From positions 214-64,213 of the forward strand of contig CANRBL010000004.1 of assembly GCA_947628835.1 (NCBI GenBank): a DNA stretch of 64,000 nt, written 5' to 3'. The position numbers and the translations under genes were made by a program. This document shows, one piece after another, positions 20,717-31,074 of this stretch; position 1 is the first letter of the stretch; each line of letters opens with the position of its first letter. The notes beneath the pieces are model-generated. The model was not told where the DNA came from. It made no database searches and was given only the letters and a program-made list of their open reading frames with translations. This DNA comes from an uncultured Clostridia bacterium. Its GTDB lineage: Bacteria > Bacillota > Clostridia > TANB77 > CAG-508.

Positions 20717-21415
20717 TTATTGAATAGCACTTATTATTTCATAATATTCCCCTAAAACTTTTACATTGTTAAATTGAATTTTTCCATCAGAAATTGTCCA
20801 ATACTCACTATTATCCTTTAGAAAATTTAATGTTTTATCTAAACCATCTAAAGTTTTATTAAGAGTATCTACTGCACTAGTTAAATCATTTTTTGCTGTT
20901 TCAAGTTCTTTTGCAGTATTTTCAGTTAAAAACATATTTTTATATAACTGAACATATTTATTATTTAAGTTTTTTTCTTCTATTTTAGAAATAATATTAT
21001 TTTCATCTAATAAAATATTACATTTATCCGCATAATCATTTAATTCATTTCTAAAATTTGCTATTATTTCTTTTGAAGATGTAAATTCTGTATCGTCAGC
21101 TTGTATATTTTCTGCACTTAAAATACTTGACAATTTACTGTTATTACATAATTCGGTTATTCCATTATATACTGTATATACTTCGCTTATATAATCTTTT
21201 ATAGTTTTTTCCACTACAGCATAATTTCCTTTTGTTTTTATTTTTTTATCAATTTCTTCTGACATAATATCCATTGATGATATTTTTTCCGCTTCCTTTG
21301 ATAATAACGCAATTTGACTATCATTATAATTTTTATACATAATAAATCCAGTAATTCCTACAATAATAATTATTACTAAAATAATAATACATATCAATAA
21401 TTTTTTATTCTTCAC
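20717..21415 (-). CDS. Membrane-anchored protein of unknown function
   Basis: 232 aa. N-terminal TM helix (LLICIIILVIIIIVGITGFIM), then a helical extracytoplasmic domain. Lies 34 nt upstream of copZ. Confidence 0.5.
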   Translation of the reverse strand: MKNKKLLICIIILVIIIIVGITGFIMYKNYNDSQIALLSKEAEKISSMDIMSEEIDKKIKTKGNYAVVEKTIKDYISEVYTVYNGITELCNNSKLSSILSAENIQADDTEFTSSKEIIANFRNELNDYADKCNILLDENNIISKIEEKNLNNKYVQLYKNMFLTENTAKELETAKNDLTSAVDTLNKTLDGLDKTLNFLKDNSEYWTISDGKIQFNNVKVLGEYYEIISAIQ

Positions 21416-21495
21416 TTAAAATTCCTTCCCTTCTATTTACTTAACATTATACCAAGTATTTATTATCTAATATATTAAACTCATATGATATATAG

Positions 21496-22503
21496 TTAAT
21501 TTTGTTCATTTAAATTTTTTGTAAATTTCCAACCATCTCTGCACATATCTTCTAATGTCTTCTTTGCTTCCCAGCCTAATTCTAATTTTGCTTTATTCGG
21601 ATCCGCATAACAAGTTGCAATATCACCTTGTCTTCTTTCTACAATTTTATAATTAACTTTTACATTATTTATTTTCTCAAATGCTTGTATCATTTCTAAA
21701 ACAGAGTACCCTTTTCCTGTTCCTAAATTATATATTTCTATTCCATTTGATTTTCTTACTCTTTCTATAGCTTTTAAATGACCTAAGCTCAAGTCTACAA
21801 CATGTATATAATCTCTTACTCCTGTTCCATCTGGAGTATCATAGTCATTGCCAAAAACTTTTAAATAATCTAGTTTTCCTATTGCAACTTGATTAATATA
21901 TGGCATTAAATTATTTGGTATACCATTTGGATTTTCTCCTATTAGACCACTTTCATGTGCGCCTATTGGATTGAAATATCTTAATATAATTATACTCCAT
22001 TCATTATCAGATGCATATAAATCTTTTAATATTTGTTCTATCATTAATTTTGTTGTTCCATAAGGATTTGTTGTAGAAAGAGGAAAATCTTCCTTTATTG
22101 GCACCGTTTTAGGTTTTCCATAAACCGTCGCTGATGAACTAAATACTATCTTCTTGCAATCATATTTTTTCATAATTTCTAATAAATTTAAAGTTCCTAT
22201 TAAATTATTAGAATAATATTCTATCGGTTTTTTTACTGATTCTCCTACTGCTTTAAGACCCGCAAAATGTATTACTTCTGTTATATTATTTTCTTTAAAA
22301 ATTTTATCAACTTCACTTTTTTCTAATAAATTAACATTATAAAATTTCAAATCCTTTCCAGAAATTTTTTTTATTTTGTCAACCATATCTATTTGGCTAT
22401 TTACCAAATTGTCCAATATTATTATATCTTCTCCACTCTTTAATAGTTCTACTGATGTATGACTCCCTATATATCCTGTTCCACCTGTAACCAATATTGA
22501 CAT
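21496..22503 (-). CDS. galE: UDP-glucose 4-epimerase
   Basis: GGTGYIGSH Rossmann motif, YGTTK catalytic YxxxK, and full-length GalE-like collinearity. Confidence 0.9.
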   Translation of the reverse strand: MSILVTGGTGYIGSHTSVELLKSGEDIIILDNLVNSQIDMVDKIKKISGKDLKFYNVNLLEKSEVDKIFKENNITEVIHFAGLKAVGESVKKPIEYYSNNLIGTLNLLEIMKKYDCKKIVFSSSATVYGKPKTVPIKEDFPLSTTNPYGTTKLMIEQILKDLYASDNEWSIIILRYFNPIGAHESGLIGENPNGIPNNLMPYINQVAIGKLDYLKVFGNDYDTPDGTGVRDYIHVVDLSLGHLKAIERVRKSNGIEIYNLGTGKGYSVLEMIQAFEKINNVKVNYKIVERRQGDIATCYADPNKAKLELGWEAKKTLEDMCRDGWKFTKNLNEQN

Positions 22504-22528
22504 TACTTTTCCTCCTTAAATTTATAAT

Positions 22529-25132
22529 TTATGTTGTATTTGTTGTATTATCATTTGTTGTATTTGTAGTATTCGTTGTATTATCTGTTGGGTTAGCTGT
22601 ATTAGTTGAATTCGTTTGATTGCTTCCTCCACTTTGTGTATTACCACCTGATGTATTTGTTGTATTTCCTATATTATTTTCTGTATTTGTAGTATTCGTT
22701 TCACTTCCAGTTACATTTACAGTATTATTAGAAGGTTTAGGAGTAGTCTCTGGTGTCGTAACTGATGGCTCTTCTGGCTGAGGTTCCACTACTTCTATAT
22801 CTATTGGTTGTTCTTCTGGTTTTGTATGAATATCGCAAATTTCTGTTGGTGCTTCTTCCACAATAACACTACCTACTGTTTTCCATAAACCTAATTGTTC
22901 TTTTGGAACTAAACGCCCTGTATTTTTTGTTGCTACATCTGGGCAGTATTCATTTGCCAGTTTTCCTGATTCATTACAAACTTGATATACAGTATGACCA
23001 CTACATGCACTAGGTACAGTTCCACTAATAAATATTTCTTGATATTTATTAACACATTTCTCAGTAGCAGCCATTCCAGTGTCTGCACATATTGTTGCTG
23101 TTACTATATTATTAGTTGCCTTAAATCTTGATTCTGCTAATCCTGAATGAATAGAAGTCATTACATTATCCCATAATTGTCCTGCTGGGTTATTTCCACT
23201 AAATTTAACTTCTTCTGGCTGGTCAAATCCGTACCATGTTGCAGCTGTATAATAATTTGTAAATCCACATAACCACCTATCTTTATCACCATTTGTTGTA
23301 CCAGTTTTAGCTGCAACATCCATTCCTGAAATTGCACAATATTTTGCTGTACCTTGCCCTCCTACTACAGTTTGAGTTAAAATATTTTTTACAACATAGG
23401 CAGTATCTTCAGACATTACTTTCGTTGTTTCTTTTTTTGCCTCTAATACTACATTACCACTAGAATCTGTTACTTTTGTGTAAAAAGTTGGACTTGTATA
23501 TACTCCATTATTTGCAATAGTTTCATAACCTGCTGCCATTTCTAATGGACTTATACCATTATACACACCACCTATAGCTAATGATAATGTGTTATCATTT
23601 TTATCATCTAATGTGCTAATTCCCATTTTCTTTAAATATTGTAAAGACTTTTTTGGGGTAAGTTCAACCATTACTTTTACAAATGGAATATTTTGTGATG
23701 TTTCTATTGCACTTCTTATACTTATATAACCTCTAAATTTACCCTGATTTTTAGGTGTATATTTTCCATTTTCAAATTCTGTTTCTGCATCATTATATAC
23801 TGTAGCTGCTGTAATAATTTTTTCTTCTATCCCTGGCACTAAATCTGCTAAAGGTTTCATTGATGAACCAGTTTGCCTCAAAGATTGTGTTGCTCTATTT
23901 AATCCTCTTGATTCAGTTTTTTCTCCTAACCCTCCTACAACACCTACAACATAACCTGTTGCATTATCTATTACAACCATTGCAGCTTGACTTTTTTGAT
24001 AATTTCCATTTTCATCTTTTATTGTCTTAGATGTTAATGTATATTTTGATGTTTTTGCAAATTCTTCTTCCATTTTTTTCTGTATACTAGTGTTTTGCGT
24101 TGAATATATTGTAAGACCACTACTATATACATAATTTTCCGCTAATTGCCTTGAAATTCCTTTTGCTTCTGCTACATCTTCTATAACTTGAGAAATAGTT
24201 GCATCAGTATGGTATGAATAAACATTTCCACTTGATTGAGCTTTTGCAAAAGCTAATCCTCCATCTACTTCTTGTATTGCTTGATTATATTCATCTTCAT
24301 TTATATATGATAATTCTTTCATCTTGTTTAATACTGTTTTTGTTCTTTTGTTTATTAATTCAGTATTGTCTTTATCTCCATATGGATTATATAAATTTGG
24401 AGAATTATTAATTCCTGCTAAAAATGCACATTGCGCTAAACTTAATTCTGAAGCACTTTTATTAAAATAGTATTCTGAACCCATTTGTACTCCATAATTT
24501 TTTCCACCAACAAATAAAATATTTAAATATAATTCTAGTATCTGATCTTTAGATAACATTCTTTCTACTTGAACTGCTTTAGCCCATTCTTTTACTTTTC
24601 TAGTAATCTCTTTTTTGTCTTCTTTTGTGATATTTTTTACTAATTGTTGCGTTATTGTACTTCCTCCAAATGATGAATCTCCTTTATGTAATACATATGT
24701 AACAATTGCTCCTAATGTTCTTTTTATATCAACTCCATTGTGTTTATAAAATCTTTCATCTTCTATCGCTATATATGCTTTTGGTAGATATTCTGACATA
24801 TTTGATAGTGTTATTATTTTTCTTTTTTCATCTCCACTTAAATCAGCTATTACATTTCCATCTGTATCTACAATTATAGAATTTGATTCTGATATAATAA
24901 GTTCGTCTTTACTTATTGAAAAATCATCACCAAATACTCCAAATATTAATCCTGCAAAAATTCCTGCTCCTATTACAGTAACTAATACAATTAATAATAT
25001 TATAATTCTTATTAATACCATTAGCTTTGGATGTTTTTGTTTAAATTTTACTTTTTTCCCATTATTTTGATTTTTCTTCGCTTCTTTCTGATTTTTCTTT
25101 ACTTTCTTAACTCTTTTATTACTTTTTGACAT
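22529..25132 (-). CDS. Class A penicillin-binding protein (glycosyltransferase + transpeptidase) with Thr/Asn-rich tail
   Basis: GT51 motifs EDERFYKHNGVD and GGSTITQQLVKN. Transpeptidase motifs SSMK (SxxK) and KTGT. ATG 25132 follows GGAGGAAAAA. Confidence 0.9.
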   Translation of the reverse strand: MSKSNKRVKKVKKNQKEAKKNQNNGKKVKFKQKHPKLMVLIRIIILLIVLVTVIGAGIFAGLIFGVFGDDFSISKDELIISESNSIIVDTDGNVIADLSGDEKRKIITLSNMSEYLPKAYIAIEDERFYKHNGVDIKRTLGAIVTYVLHKGDSSFGGSTITQQLVKNITKEDKKEITRKVKEWAKAVQVERMLSKDQILELYLNILFVGGKNYGVQMGSEYYFNKSASELSLAQCAFLAGINNSPNLYNPYGDKDNTELINKRTKTVLNKMKELSYINEDEYNQAIQEVDGGLAFAKAQSSGNVYSYHTDATISQVIEDVAEAKGISRQLAENYVYSSGLTIYSTQNTSIQKKMEEEFAKTSKYTLTSKTIKDENGNYQKSQAAMVVIDNATGYVVGVVGGLGEKTESRGLNRATQSLRQTGSSMKPLADLVPGIEEKIITAATVYNDAETEFENGKYTPKNQGKFRGYISIRSAIETSQNIPFVKVMVELTPKKSLQYLKKMGISTLDDKNDNTLSLAIGGVYNGISPLEMAAGYETIANNGVYTSPTFYTKVTDSSGNVVLEAKKETTKVMSEDTAYVVKNILTQTVVGGQGTAKYCAISGMDVAAKTGTTNGDKDRWLCGFTNYYTAATWYGFDQPEEVKFSGNNPAGQLWDNVMTSIHSGLAESRFKATNNIVTATICADTGMAATEKCVNKYQEIFISGTVPSACSGHTVYQVCNESGKLANEYCPDVATKNTGRLVPKEQLGLWKTVGSVIVEEAPTEICDIHTKPEEQPIDIEVVEPQPEEPSVTTPETTPKPSNNTVNVTGSETNTTNTENNIGNTTNTSGGNTQSGGSNQTNSTNTANPTDNTTNTTNTTNDNTTNTT

Positions 25133-25411
25133 TTTTTCCTCCATTCAAACAAAATATCGTTTAATTATGACTTTTATTATTTTTCTTTTATTTATGGTTA
25201 AAATTTCTGTTAATTTATTATATTATAAGTTTAAAAAAAAAGAAAGTGTTTTTGTAATTTTTATTACATTTAAACTCAAAACTTTTACTGTCTTGCAACT
25301 ACAAAATATTTTACTTTCTTTATTTTTTTCTTTTATTTAATACACAAAATGCATATGTTTTATTACATTAATTTTATTTGTCAAGTACTTCTTCAACATA
25401 TATTTACCCTA

Positions 25412-26365
25412 TTAAGCTTCTATTATTTTATCAATTGACTGCTCCCTCATATTTTTCATTAATTCACAACTTTTATTTAATTTTTGCTGTTCTTCGGCGT
25501 TTAAATCTAAATTTAAAATTTCTCTTAATCCATTGCTATTTATAATTGCTGGCACTCCAATATATATGTCATTTTGACCATATTCTCCTTCTAAATAAGT
25601 AGATACTGTTAATATTGAATTTTCATTATCAAGTATAGCTCTCACTAATCGATTTAATGCCATTCCAATTCCATAATATGTTGCCTTCTTTTTTTCTATT
25701 ATTTCATATGCAGCATTAATAACTTTTTGATGTAATTCTTCTAATTTGGCAATTGGTAACTTATTATCTTCCATAACATCTCTTATATTTTTACAACCTA
25801 CATATGCATGGTTCCATGGTACAAATGAGGAATCTCCATGTTCTCCCATAATATAAGCATGAATATTTTTACTCGAAATACTAAGATAATCTGCTAATAC
25901 ATATCTTAATCTTGCTGTATCTAAAATAGTTCCTGAACCAATAACTTTACTTTTTGGAAGACCTGATGTTTTGTATACTACATATGACATTAAATCTACA
26001 GGATTACTTGCAACTATTATAATTCCATTAAATCCTGTTTCCATAATTTGCTTAGTAATATCTTTTACTATTTTTGTATTTATTTCTGCTAATTCTAATC
26101 TTGTTTGACCTGGTTTTTGTGCTATTCCTGCAGTTATGACAACTATTTGAGCATCTTTACAATCAGCATATGTTCCTGCTTTTATTATCATTTTCTGTGG
26201 AGCATATGGCAAACCATGAGATAAATCCATTTCTTCTCCTTTTATTTTATTTTCATCAATGTCTATTAATATAAGTTCATTAACTCCTCCTCTATTTAAC
26301 ATTGAATATGCCATACTCATACCTACAAATCCTGCTCCTACTAATACTATTTTACCTTTTTTCAT
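25412..26365 (-). CDS. ldh: L-lactate dehydrogenase
   Basis: GAGFVGMS dinucleotide fold, GEHGDSS, and LDH-length collinearity. Confidence 0.9.
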   Translation of the reverse strand: MKKGKIVLVGAGFVGMSMAYSMLNRGGVNELILIDIDENKIKGEEMDLSHGLPYAPQKMIIKAGTYADCKDAQIVVITAGIAQKPGQTRLELAEINTKIVKDITKQIMETGFNGIIIVASNPVDLMSYVVYKTSGLPKSKVIGSGTILDTARLRYVLADYLSISSKNIHAYIMGEHGDSSFVPWNHAYVGCKNIRDVMEDNKLPIAKLEELHQKVINAAYEIIEKKKATYYGIGMALNRLVRAILDNENSILTVSTYLEGEYGQNDIYIGVPAIINSNGLREILNLDLNAEEQQKLNKSCELMKNMREQSIDKIIEA

Positions 26366-26440
26366 TTTTTATCACATTCCTTTCCTTTATGTATATTTGT
26401 TTTTAAAAATTTGTAATTGTTCTTTTATTTCCGCCTTCAA

Positions 26441-27400
26441 TTATATTACAAATAAACTTATCATATATCCTATATATAATAAAAAATATATCACTCCATT
26501 TGCTCTACTTATTTTATTTTTTGGTGGAATTATTGGAAATAAAGATAATATTAATGTTCCTATTATTAAAATAATTAAGTCTTTATTATAACTTATGTTA
26601 TATACAATAGGTTTTATTACAGATGATACGCCTATTATTAATAACATATTAAATATATTTGAACCTAATATATTTCCAATTGCAATATCACTTTTACCTT
26701 TTATTGCTGCTGAAACACTTGTAACTAATTCAGGTAAACTTGTTCCAACTGCTAATATAGTTACACTTATTATTTTTTCGCTTAAATTAAATAATCTTGC
26801 TATATTTACTGCATTATCTACTGTTAAATCTCCTCCTATTTTTAATCCTATTATACCTAAGATTACATATATCACATCTTTTAATGTGGATTCTTTCTTG
26901 TTTGATACTAATGATTTTTCTTTTTCCTTCTGCTTTTCATTTTCCTTTTCTTTTATTGACATTACTATTGTATAACCAATAAACATTATAAATAATATAA
27001 TTAATATTATTCCTTCTACTTTTGTTACATCTTGTCCTATATTACATATTAGCATAAAAACAATTGTTATTACTAAACATAATGGAATTTCTATCATTCT
27101 CGTTTCTTTTTGGAATTCTATTGAATTTATTATTGCAGATACTCCTAATATTAATAACAAATTCGCAATATTACTTCCTACAACATTTCCTATTGCCATA
27201 TCTGAATATCCATCTAATGCAGATGTTATACTTACAAATAATTCTGGCATAGATGTTCCTATAGATATTATGGTTAACCCTATGATTATCTCTGGTATGT
27301 GAAATTTTTTTGCTATATTACTTGCTCCATCTACTAAAAAGTCTGCTCCCTTTATTAGTAATATAAATCCTATCAGTATTAAAATAATCGATATAAACAT
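26441..27400 (-). CDS. Ca2+/Na+ (CaCA family, YrbG-like) antiporter
   Basis: Two alpha-repeats (GNVVGSNIANLLLILG and GNILGSNIFNMLLIIG) separated by a charged loop. Confidence 0.8.
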   Translation of the reverse strand: MFISIILILIGFILLIKGADFLVDGASNIAKKFHIPEIIIGLTIISIGTSMPELFVSITSALDGYSDMAIGNVVGSNIANLLLILGVSAIINSIEFQKETRMIEIPLCLVITIVFMLICNIGQDVTKVEGIILIILFIMFIGYTIVMSIKEKENEKQKEKEKSLVSNKKESTLKDVIYVILGIIGLKIGGDLTVDNAVNIARLFNLSEKIISVTILAVGTSLPELVTSVSAAIKGKSDIAIGNILGSNIFNMLLIIGVSSVIKPIVYNISYNKDLIILIIGTLILSLFPIIPPKNKISRANGVIYFLLYIGYMISLFVI

Positions 27401-27646
27401 ATGTTACCTCCAAATTCAATTTACATTGCTATTTTACTATATTTTTACTGTTTTTACAAGTATTTGATAAAAATAAATCCTTTAACATATATAAGACAAC
27501 AGCAATAAATCCATGAAAAAATTAGATATTTTATATTTCCCATGGATTTCATTTAAAAATTTATAAAGTTATTTAAATTTCATTTTTTCAAAATTTCTAT
27601 ATTGAAAGCCTTTGTGGATAACTACAGTACTTTTATTTCTTATCTA

Positions 27647-28843
27647 TTATTGCTTTACATACCAATATCCTGATTGATAACCATTTGCAGGATACTCATT
27701 TTCATTTGTACTTGTTACTGTTCCACATAAGTTTGTCCCTTTAGAATAAGTCGACGAGCTTAAAACAGTACAAACATCTACATTCCAAGTGTTCCAATGC
27801 GAAGAATTATTATTATAAACTTTACAACACTTATACGGTGACAAAGCAGCATACTTTGTTCCATCCCATAAACGTGCATATACTGTTTGTCCATTTTGTA
27901 TTCCTGTTACTTCACTTCCATTTTGCCACTCTCCTGATGTTCCTCCTATTTGATATTGTATGCTCCCTGTTATTCCTGCTCCTTTATTTATTGTTACACT
28001 TGCTGTATGTTCTGTTGCATTCCAACTTACTTCTCCAAATTCTATATTTCCTTCTGCTACTATTACTTTTCCTGTTCTTTTTGATAATATTTTTGTTGTT
28101 GATATTTTGTTACTATTTGTTGCCACTATTTTTATGTCATATATTTTATCCTGTTGCAATCCTTCAAATGTATAGGTTGTTGGATTTTCTGTAACTCCTG
28201 TTTGTGTCCTTGCTAATTTATATTCATTATCCCCTTGTTCTTTATAATAATAATTAAATGTTCCTTTTTCATCTATATTACTATATTTTACACTTGCTGT
28301 TATTTGATTTGATGTACTTGTTAATTCTACATCTATTCTTGGTCCTGCTTCACTTTGTTTTGCTACATATTCACTTCCTATCACATAATATTTTGAAAAT
28401 TCATCTTCTATACTCTCATCTATATTTTCTATTTTATTTACTTCTATTTCATATACATATCCACCTATTGTAAATGTTACATATCCTTGTTCTATAAATA
28501 TCGCATCAACATTACTTTCATCATCTTCCATTAATGTTACTCCATCTTCATCTTGACCTTTTAATGCATCTACATATTCTCTTAATGTTACTTTTCCGGT
28601 ATAATTATAATCATTTGATGCCGTTGGTATTAATAAATTATTTAATTCTAAATTTAATCTTTCTAATATTGCTATATACATATTTGCACTACTTGATTTT
28701 CTTGCTTTACTTACTATTCCATTGCTTCCTGATAATATTTGTATTGATACTCCTGCTAATATTAATAACACCAATATTGTTATTACTAATGCTATTAAGG
28801 TTATTCCTTTATTCTCTTTTATTTTTTTCATTTTTAATCTCAT
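27647..28843 (-). CDS. Orphan prepilin-like protein with large extracellular domain
   Basis: The N-terminus MRLKMKKIKENKG/ITLIALVITILVLLILAGVSI resembles a type IV prepilin leader plus hydrophobic helix, but position +5 is Ala, not Glu. GGAGG RBS. The C-terminal part is beta-rich, with a Cys-rich end. Confidence 0.6.
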   Translation of the reverse strand: MRLKMKKIKENKGITLIALVITILVLLILAGVSIQILSGSNGIVSKARKSSSANMYIAILERLNLELNNLLIPTASNDYNYTGKVTLREYVDALKGQDEDGVTLMEDDESNVDAIFIEQGYVTFTIGGYVYEIEVNKIENIDESIEDEFSKYYVIGSEYVAKQSEAGPRIDVELTSTSNQITASVKYSNIDEKGTFNYYYKEQGDNEYKLARTQTGVTENPTTYTFEGLQQDKIYDIKIVATNSNKISTTKILSKRTGKVIVAEGNIEFGEVSWNATEHTASVTINKGAGITGSIQYQIGGTSGEWQNGSEVTGIQNGQTVYARLWDGTKYAALSPYKCCKVYNNNSSHWNTWNVDVCTVLSSSTYSKGTNLCGTVTSTNENEYPANGYQSGYWYVKQ

Positions 28844-28890
28844 TCCTTCCTCCTCTTCTTTTGATTATTCTATCCATATTTTTCTTTTTT

Positions 28891-28919
28891 ATATTATCAT
28901 AATAAATTTTCTATTGCAA
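28891..28919 (-). promoter_or_regulatory. Candidate sigma-A promoter of the orphan prepilin-like gene
   Basis: Read on the minus strand: TTGCAA (28919-28914), a 17-nt spacer, then TAATAT (28896-28891). Confidence 0.35.
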
Positions 28920-28946
28920 GTATTTATAGGTGCATTTACTATATTT

Positions 28947-29003
28947 TATACAAAAAGCAGGAATACTAGCCTGTATCAAAAATTGATACAGGCTTACTCC
29001 TGC
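28947..29003 (-). terminator. Rho-independent terminator downstream of pgsA
   Basis: Perfect 11-bp stem agcctgtatca/tgatacaggct (28968-28978 / 28984-28994), extended by gcagga/tcctgc. A U-run follows on the minus strand. Confidence 0.6.
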
Positions 29004-29046
29004 TATATTTTATATTTAATTTTATTTTTTTATTTAATAAACATAA

Positions 29047-29068
29047 TGTGTGTGTGTGTGTGTGTGTG
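29047..29068. repeat. (TG)11 dinucleotide microsatellite
   Basis: 22 nt of uninterrupted tg repeats, counted directly. Lies between the pgsA stop and its terminator. Confidence 0.95.
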
Positions 29069-29202
29069 TACAGCCTCAAGGCTTTCAGACTTTATTTTCT
29101 TCATCTTTTGCTTTTCCCCTTTCTTTTTATACCTTTACAGTCTTTGATTAACAGATATATTATACTATTACTTTATATCGTTTTATTCAATTTACATATA
29201 AA

Positions 29203-29802
29203 TCAATTATCTAATAATAATTTTTTACCATTTTTTAAATAATCCCAACCTGAAAAAACAGTTGCAATTACAGATACTATCATAATAATTGTTGCCAATA
29301 AATTTAATACAAAACTAAATCCTGTTAAAGTCCCACAAAAGCATTCTCCAAACTTATTAATATCTACAAAAGCTAATATTATTGCAATCATTTGAGTAAC
29401 AGTTTTTATTTTTCCCCATACAGAAGCTGCAATAACTGTTCCACCTTTCTCTAATGCAATTAATCTATATCCAGAAACTATAAATTCCCTTGAAAGAACT
29501 ATTACTGGAATCCATGCTGGTAATTTATTTTCATATCCTACTAATATGACCATTGCAGTTAGTACCAAAATTTTGTCAGCTAGTGGATCTAAAAATTTTC
29601 CAAAAGTAGTAACTTGGTTTTTTGAACGTGCAATGTATCCATCTAGTTTATCGGTTATTGAGGCAACTATAAATATTATATTCATAAGCCAAAATTTAAT
29701 TGAAATTCCAAGTAAGCTTCCTTTTATATCAATAATTGAAATTATTAACATTATAGGAACTAATATTATTCTAAATATAGTTAATTTATTGGCTAAATTC
29801 AT
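29203..29802 (-). CDS. pgsA: CDP-diacylglycerol--glycerol-3-phosphate 3-phosphatidyltransferase
   Basis: CDP-alcohol phosphotransferase motif DGYIARSKNQVTTFGKFLDPLADK. About 4-5 TM helices. Confidence 0.9.
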   Translation of the reverse strand: MNLANKLTIFRIILVPIMLIISIIDIKGSLLGISIKFWLMNIIFIVASITDKLDGYIARSKNQVTTFGKFLDPLADKILVLTAMVILVGYENKLPAWIPVIVLSREFIVSGYRLIALEKGGTVIAASVWGKIKTVTQMIAIILAFVDINKFGECFCGTLTGFSFVLNLLATIIMIVSVIATVFSGWDYLKNGKKLLLDN

Positions 29803-29812
29803 TATTCTCTCC

Positions 29813-31036
29813 TTACTTTAATAGTTCTATTGCTTTTTGTAATTGTGTATCACTTTCTTCATTACCTGTAATTGTATTATCTGGAATTGTTACTGATTCA
29901 GACAATTCTATTTTTTCATCTGGTATAACTCCCACACCATTAATTTTATTTCTATTAGGTGTGTAATATTCTTCAGTTGTTATTTTTAATCCACTTCCAT
30001 CTGTTAAAGTTAAAAACTCTTGTATTACTCCTTTTCCATAAGTAACTGTACCTACTATTTTTGCTTTACCTAAATCCTGTAAAGCTCCTGCTAAAATTTC
30101 TGATGCACTTGCTGTATTTTCATTAACTAAAATTACAACTGGCATATTTATAATTGGATCTTCTGTTGCTTTTGTTATTTCTTCTTTTTTATCTTTATTT
30201 ACCGTTATTAATAAATCAGAATCTTTATCAGCAATATAATTTGCAATTGTTATAGCTTCATCAACTAATCCACCACCATTATTTCTCAAATCTATTATAA
30301 GTGATGAGATATTTTGACTATTTAATTCCTCAAATTTTTCTTTAAATTCTGTACTCACATTTTCATCAAAACTACTTAAAGAAATATAACCTATGTTATT
30401 CTCTAGCAACTTTGACTCTACTGGATTTAAATTCACTTTTTGTCTTATTACATCAAACTGCATAACCTGACCATCTCTTAATATTTCCAGATGAACGTTT
30501 GTACCTTCTTCACCTTTTATATTAGTTGCTGCTACTGTCAAATCATCAGCAGAGTATTCTACACCATTTGCGCTTACAATTATGTCCCCTGGTAAAATTC
30601 CTGCTTTTTCAGCTGGGCTACCTGTTATAGGACTCAAGACTTGTATTTTATCTTGTTCCGTATTTTGTATCATATATATACCTATTCCTACAAAATTTCC
30701 TAACAATGATGATGTGTAATCTTCCATATCTTTAGCTGAAATATATTCTGTATATTTATCTCCTATTGCATTTATATATCCCTCAATTGCACCATCTTTA
30801 AGTGTTTGTGCATCAACATCACCTAAATAATATGTATCTATAAGCTTTCTAAATTTTGTTAAAGTTGTTGCTATGTCAGATATTTCTGATGTAGTTGTTG
30901 ATGATACTTCTAAATTTCCAGATAGATATGAATACATACCTATTGAAGTAAGTATAAATGTAATAAATATTGTTATTGCTAATAACATTATAATTTTATA
31001 AACTTTTTGTAACTTTTCATTGTCTTTTTTTTCCAT
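29813..31036 (-). CDS. Carboxy-terminal processing protease (S41 family)
   Basis: N-terminal TM, PDZ domain (GILPGDIIVSANGV) and S41 core (LVNENTASASEILAGAL). Confidence 0.85.
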   Translation of the reverse strand: MEKKDNEKLQKVYKIIMLLAITIFITFILTSIGMYSYLSGNLEVSSTTTSEISDIATTLTKFRKLIDTYYLGDVDAQTLKDGAIEGYINAIGDKYTEYISAKDMEDYTSSLLGNFVGIGIYMIQNTEQDKIQVLSPITGSPAEKAGILPGDIIVSANGVEYSADDLTVAATNIKGEEGTNVHLEILRDGQVMQFDVIRQKVNLNPVESKLLENNIGYISLSSFDENVSTEFKEKFEELNSQNISSLIIDLRNNGGGLVDEAITIANYIADKDSDLLITVNKDKKEEITKATEDPIINMPVVILVNENTASASEILAGALQDLGKAKIVGTVTYGKGVIQEFLTLTDGSGLKITTEEYYTPNRNKINGVGVIPDEKIELSESVTIPDNTITGNEESDTQLQKAIELLK

Positions 31037-31074
31037 ATTTTTTTATTCCCTCCTGAGTTATACCACACTATATA

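Noticed and set aside
27838-29147. Cluster of plus-strand ORFs (118, 71, 71, 122, 141 aa) rich in Leu/Phe/Ile/His, plus similar antisense ORFs throughout the window (e.g. 998..1231, 1514..1957, 13044..13511, 26595..26975, 33772..34680, 47563..47907)
   Set aside because: They lie antisense to well-supported genes, lack SDs, and have the composition expected from reading AT-rich coding DNA on the wrong strand.
29048-29242. ORF starting MCVCVCVYSL... across the TG repeat
   Set aside because: The frame is generated by the microsatellite itself. It has no SD and overlaps the pgsA 3' end antisense. The minus-strand micro-ORF through the repeat is only weakly supported and is mentioned in a finding rather than called as a feature.
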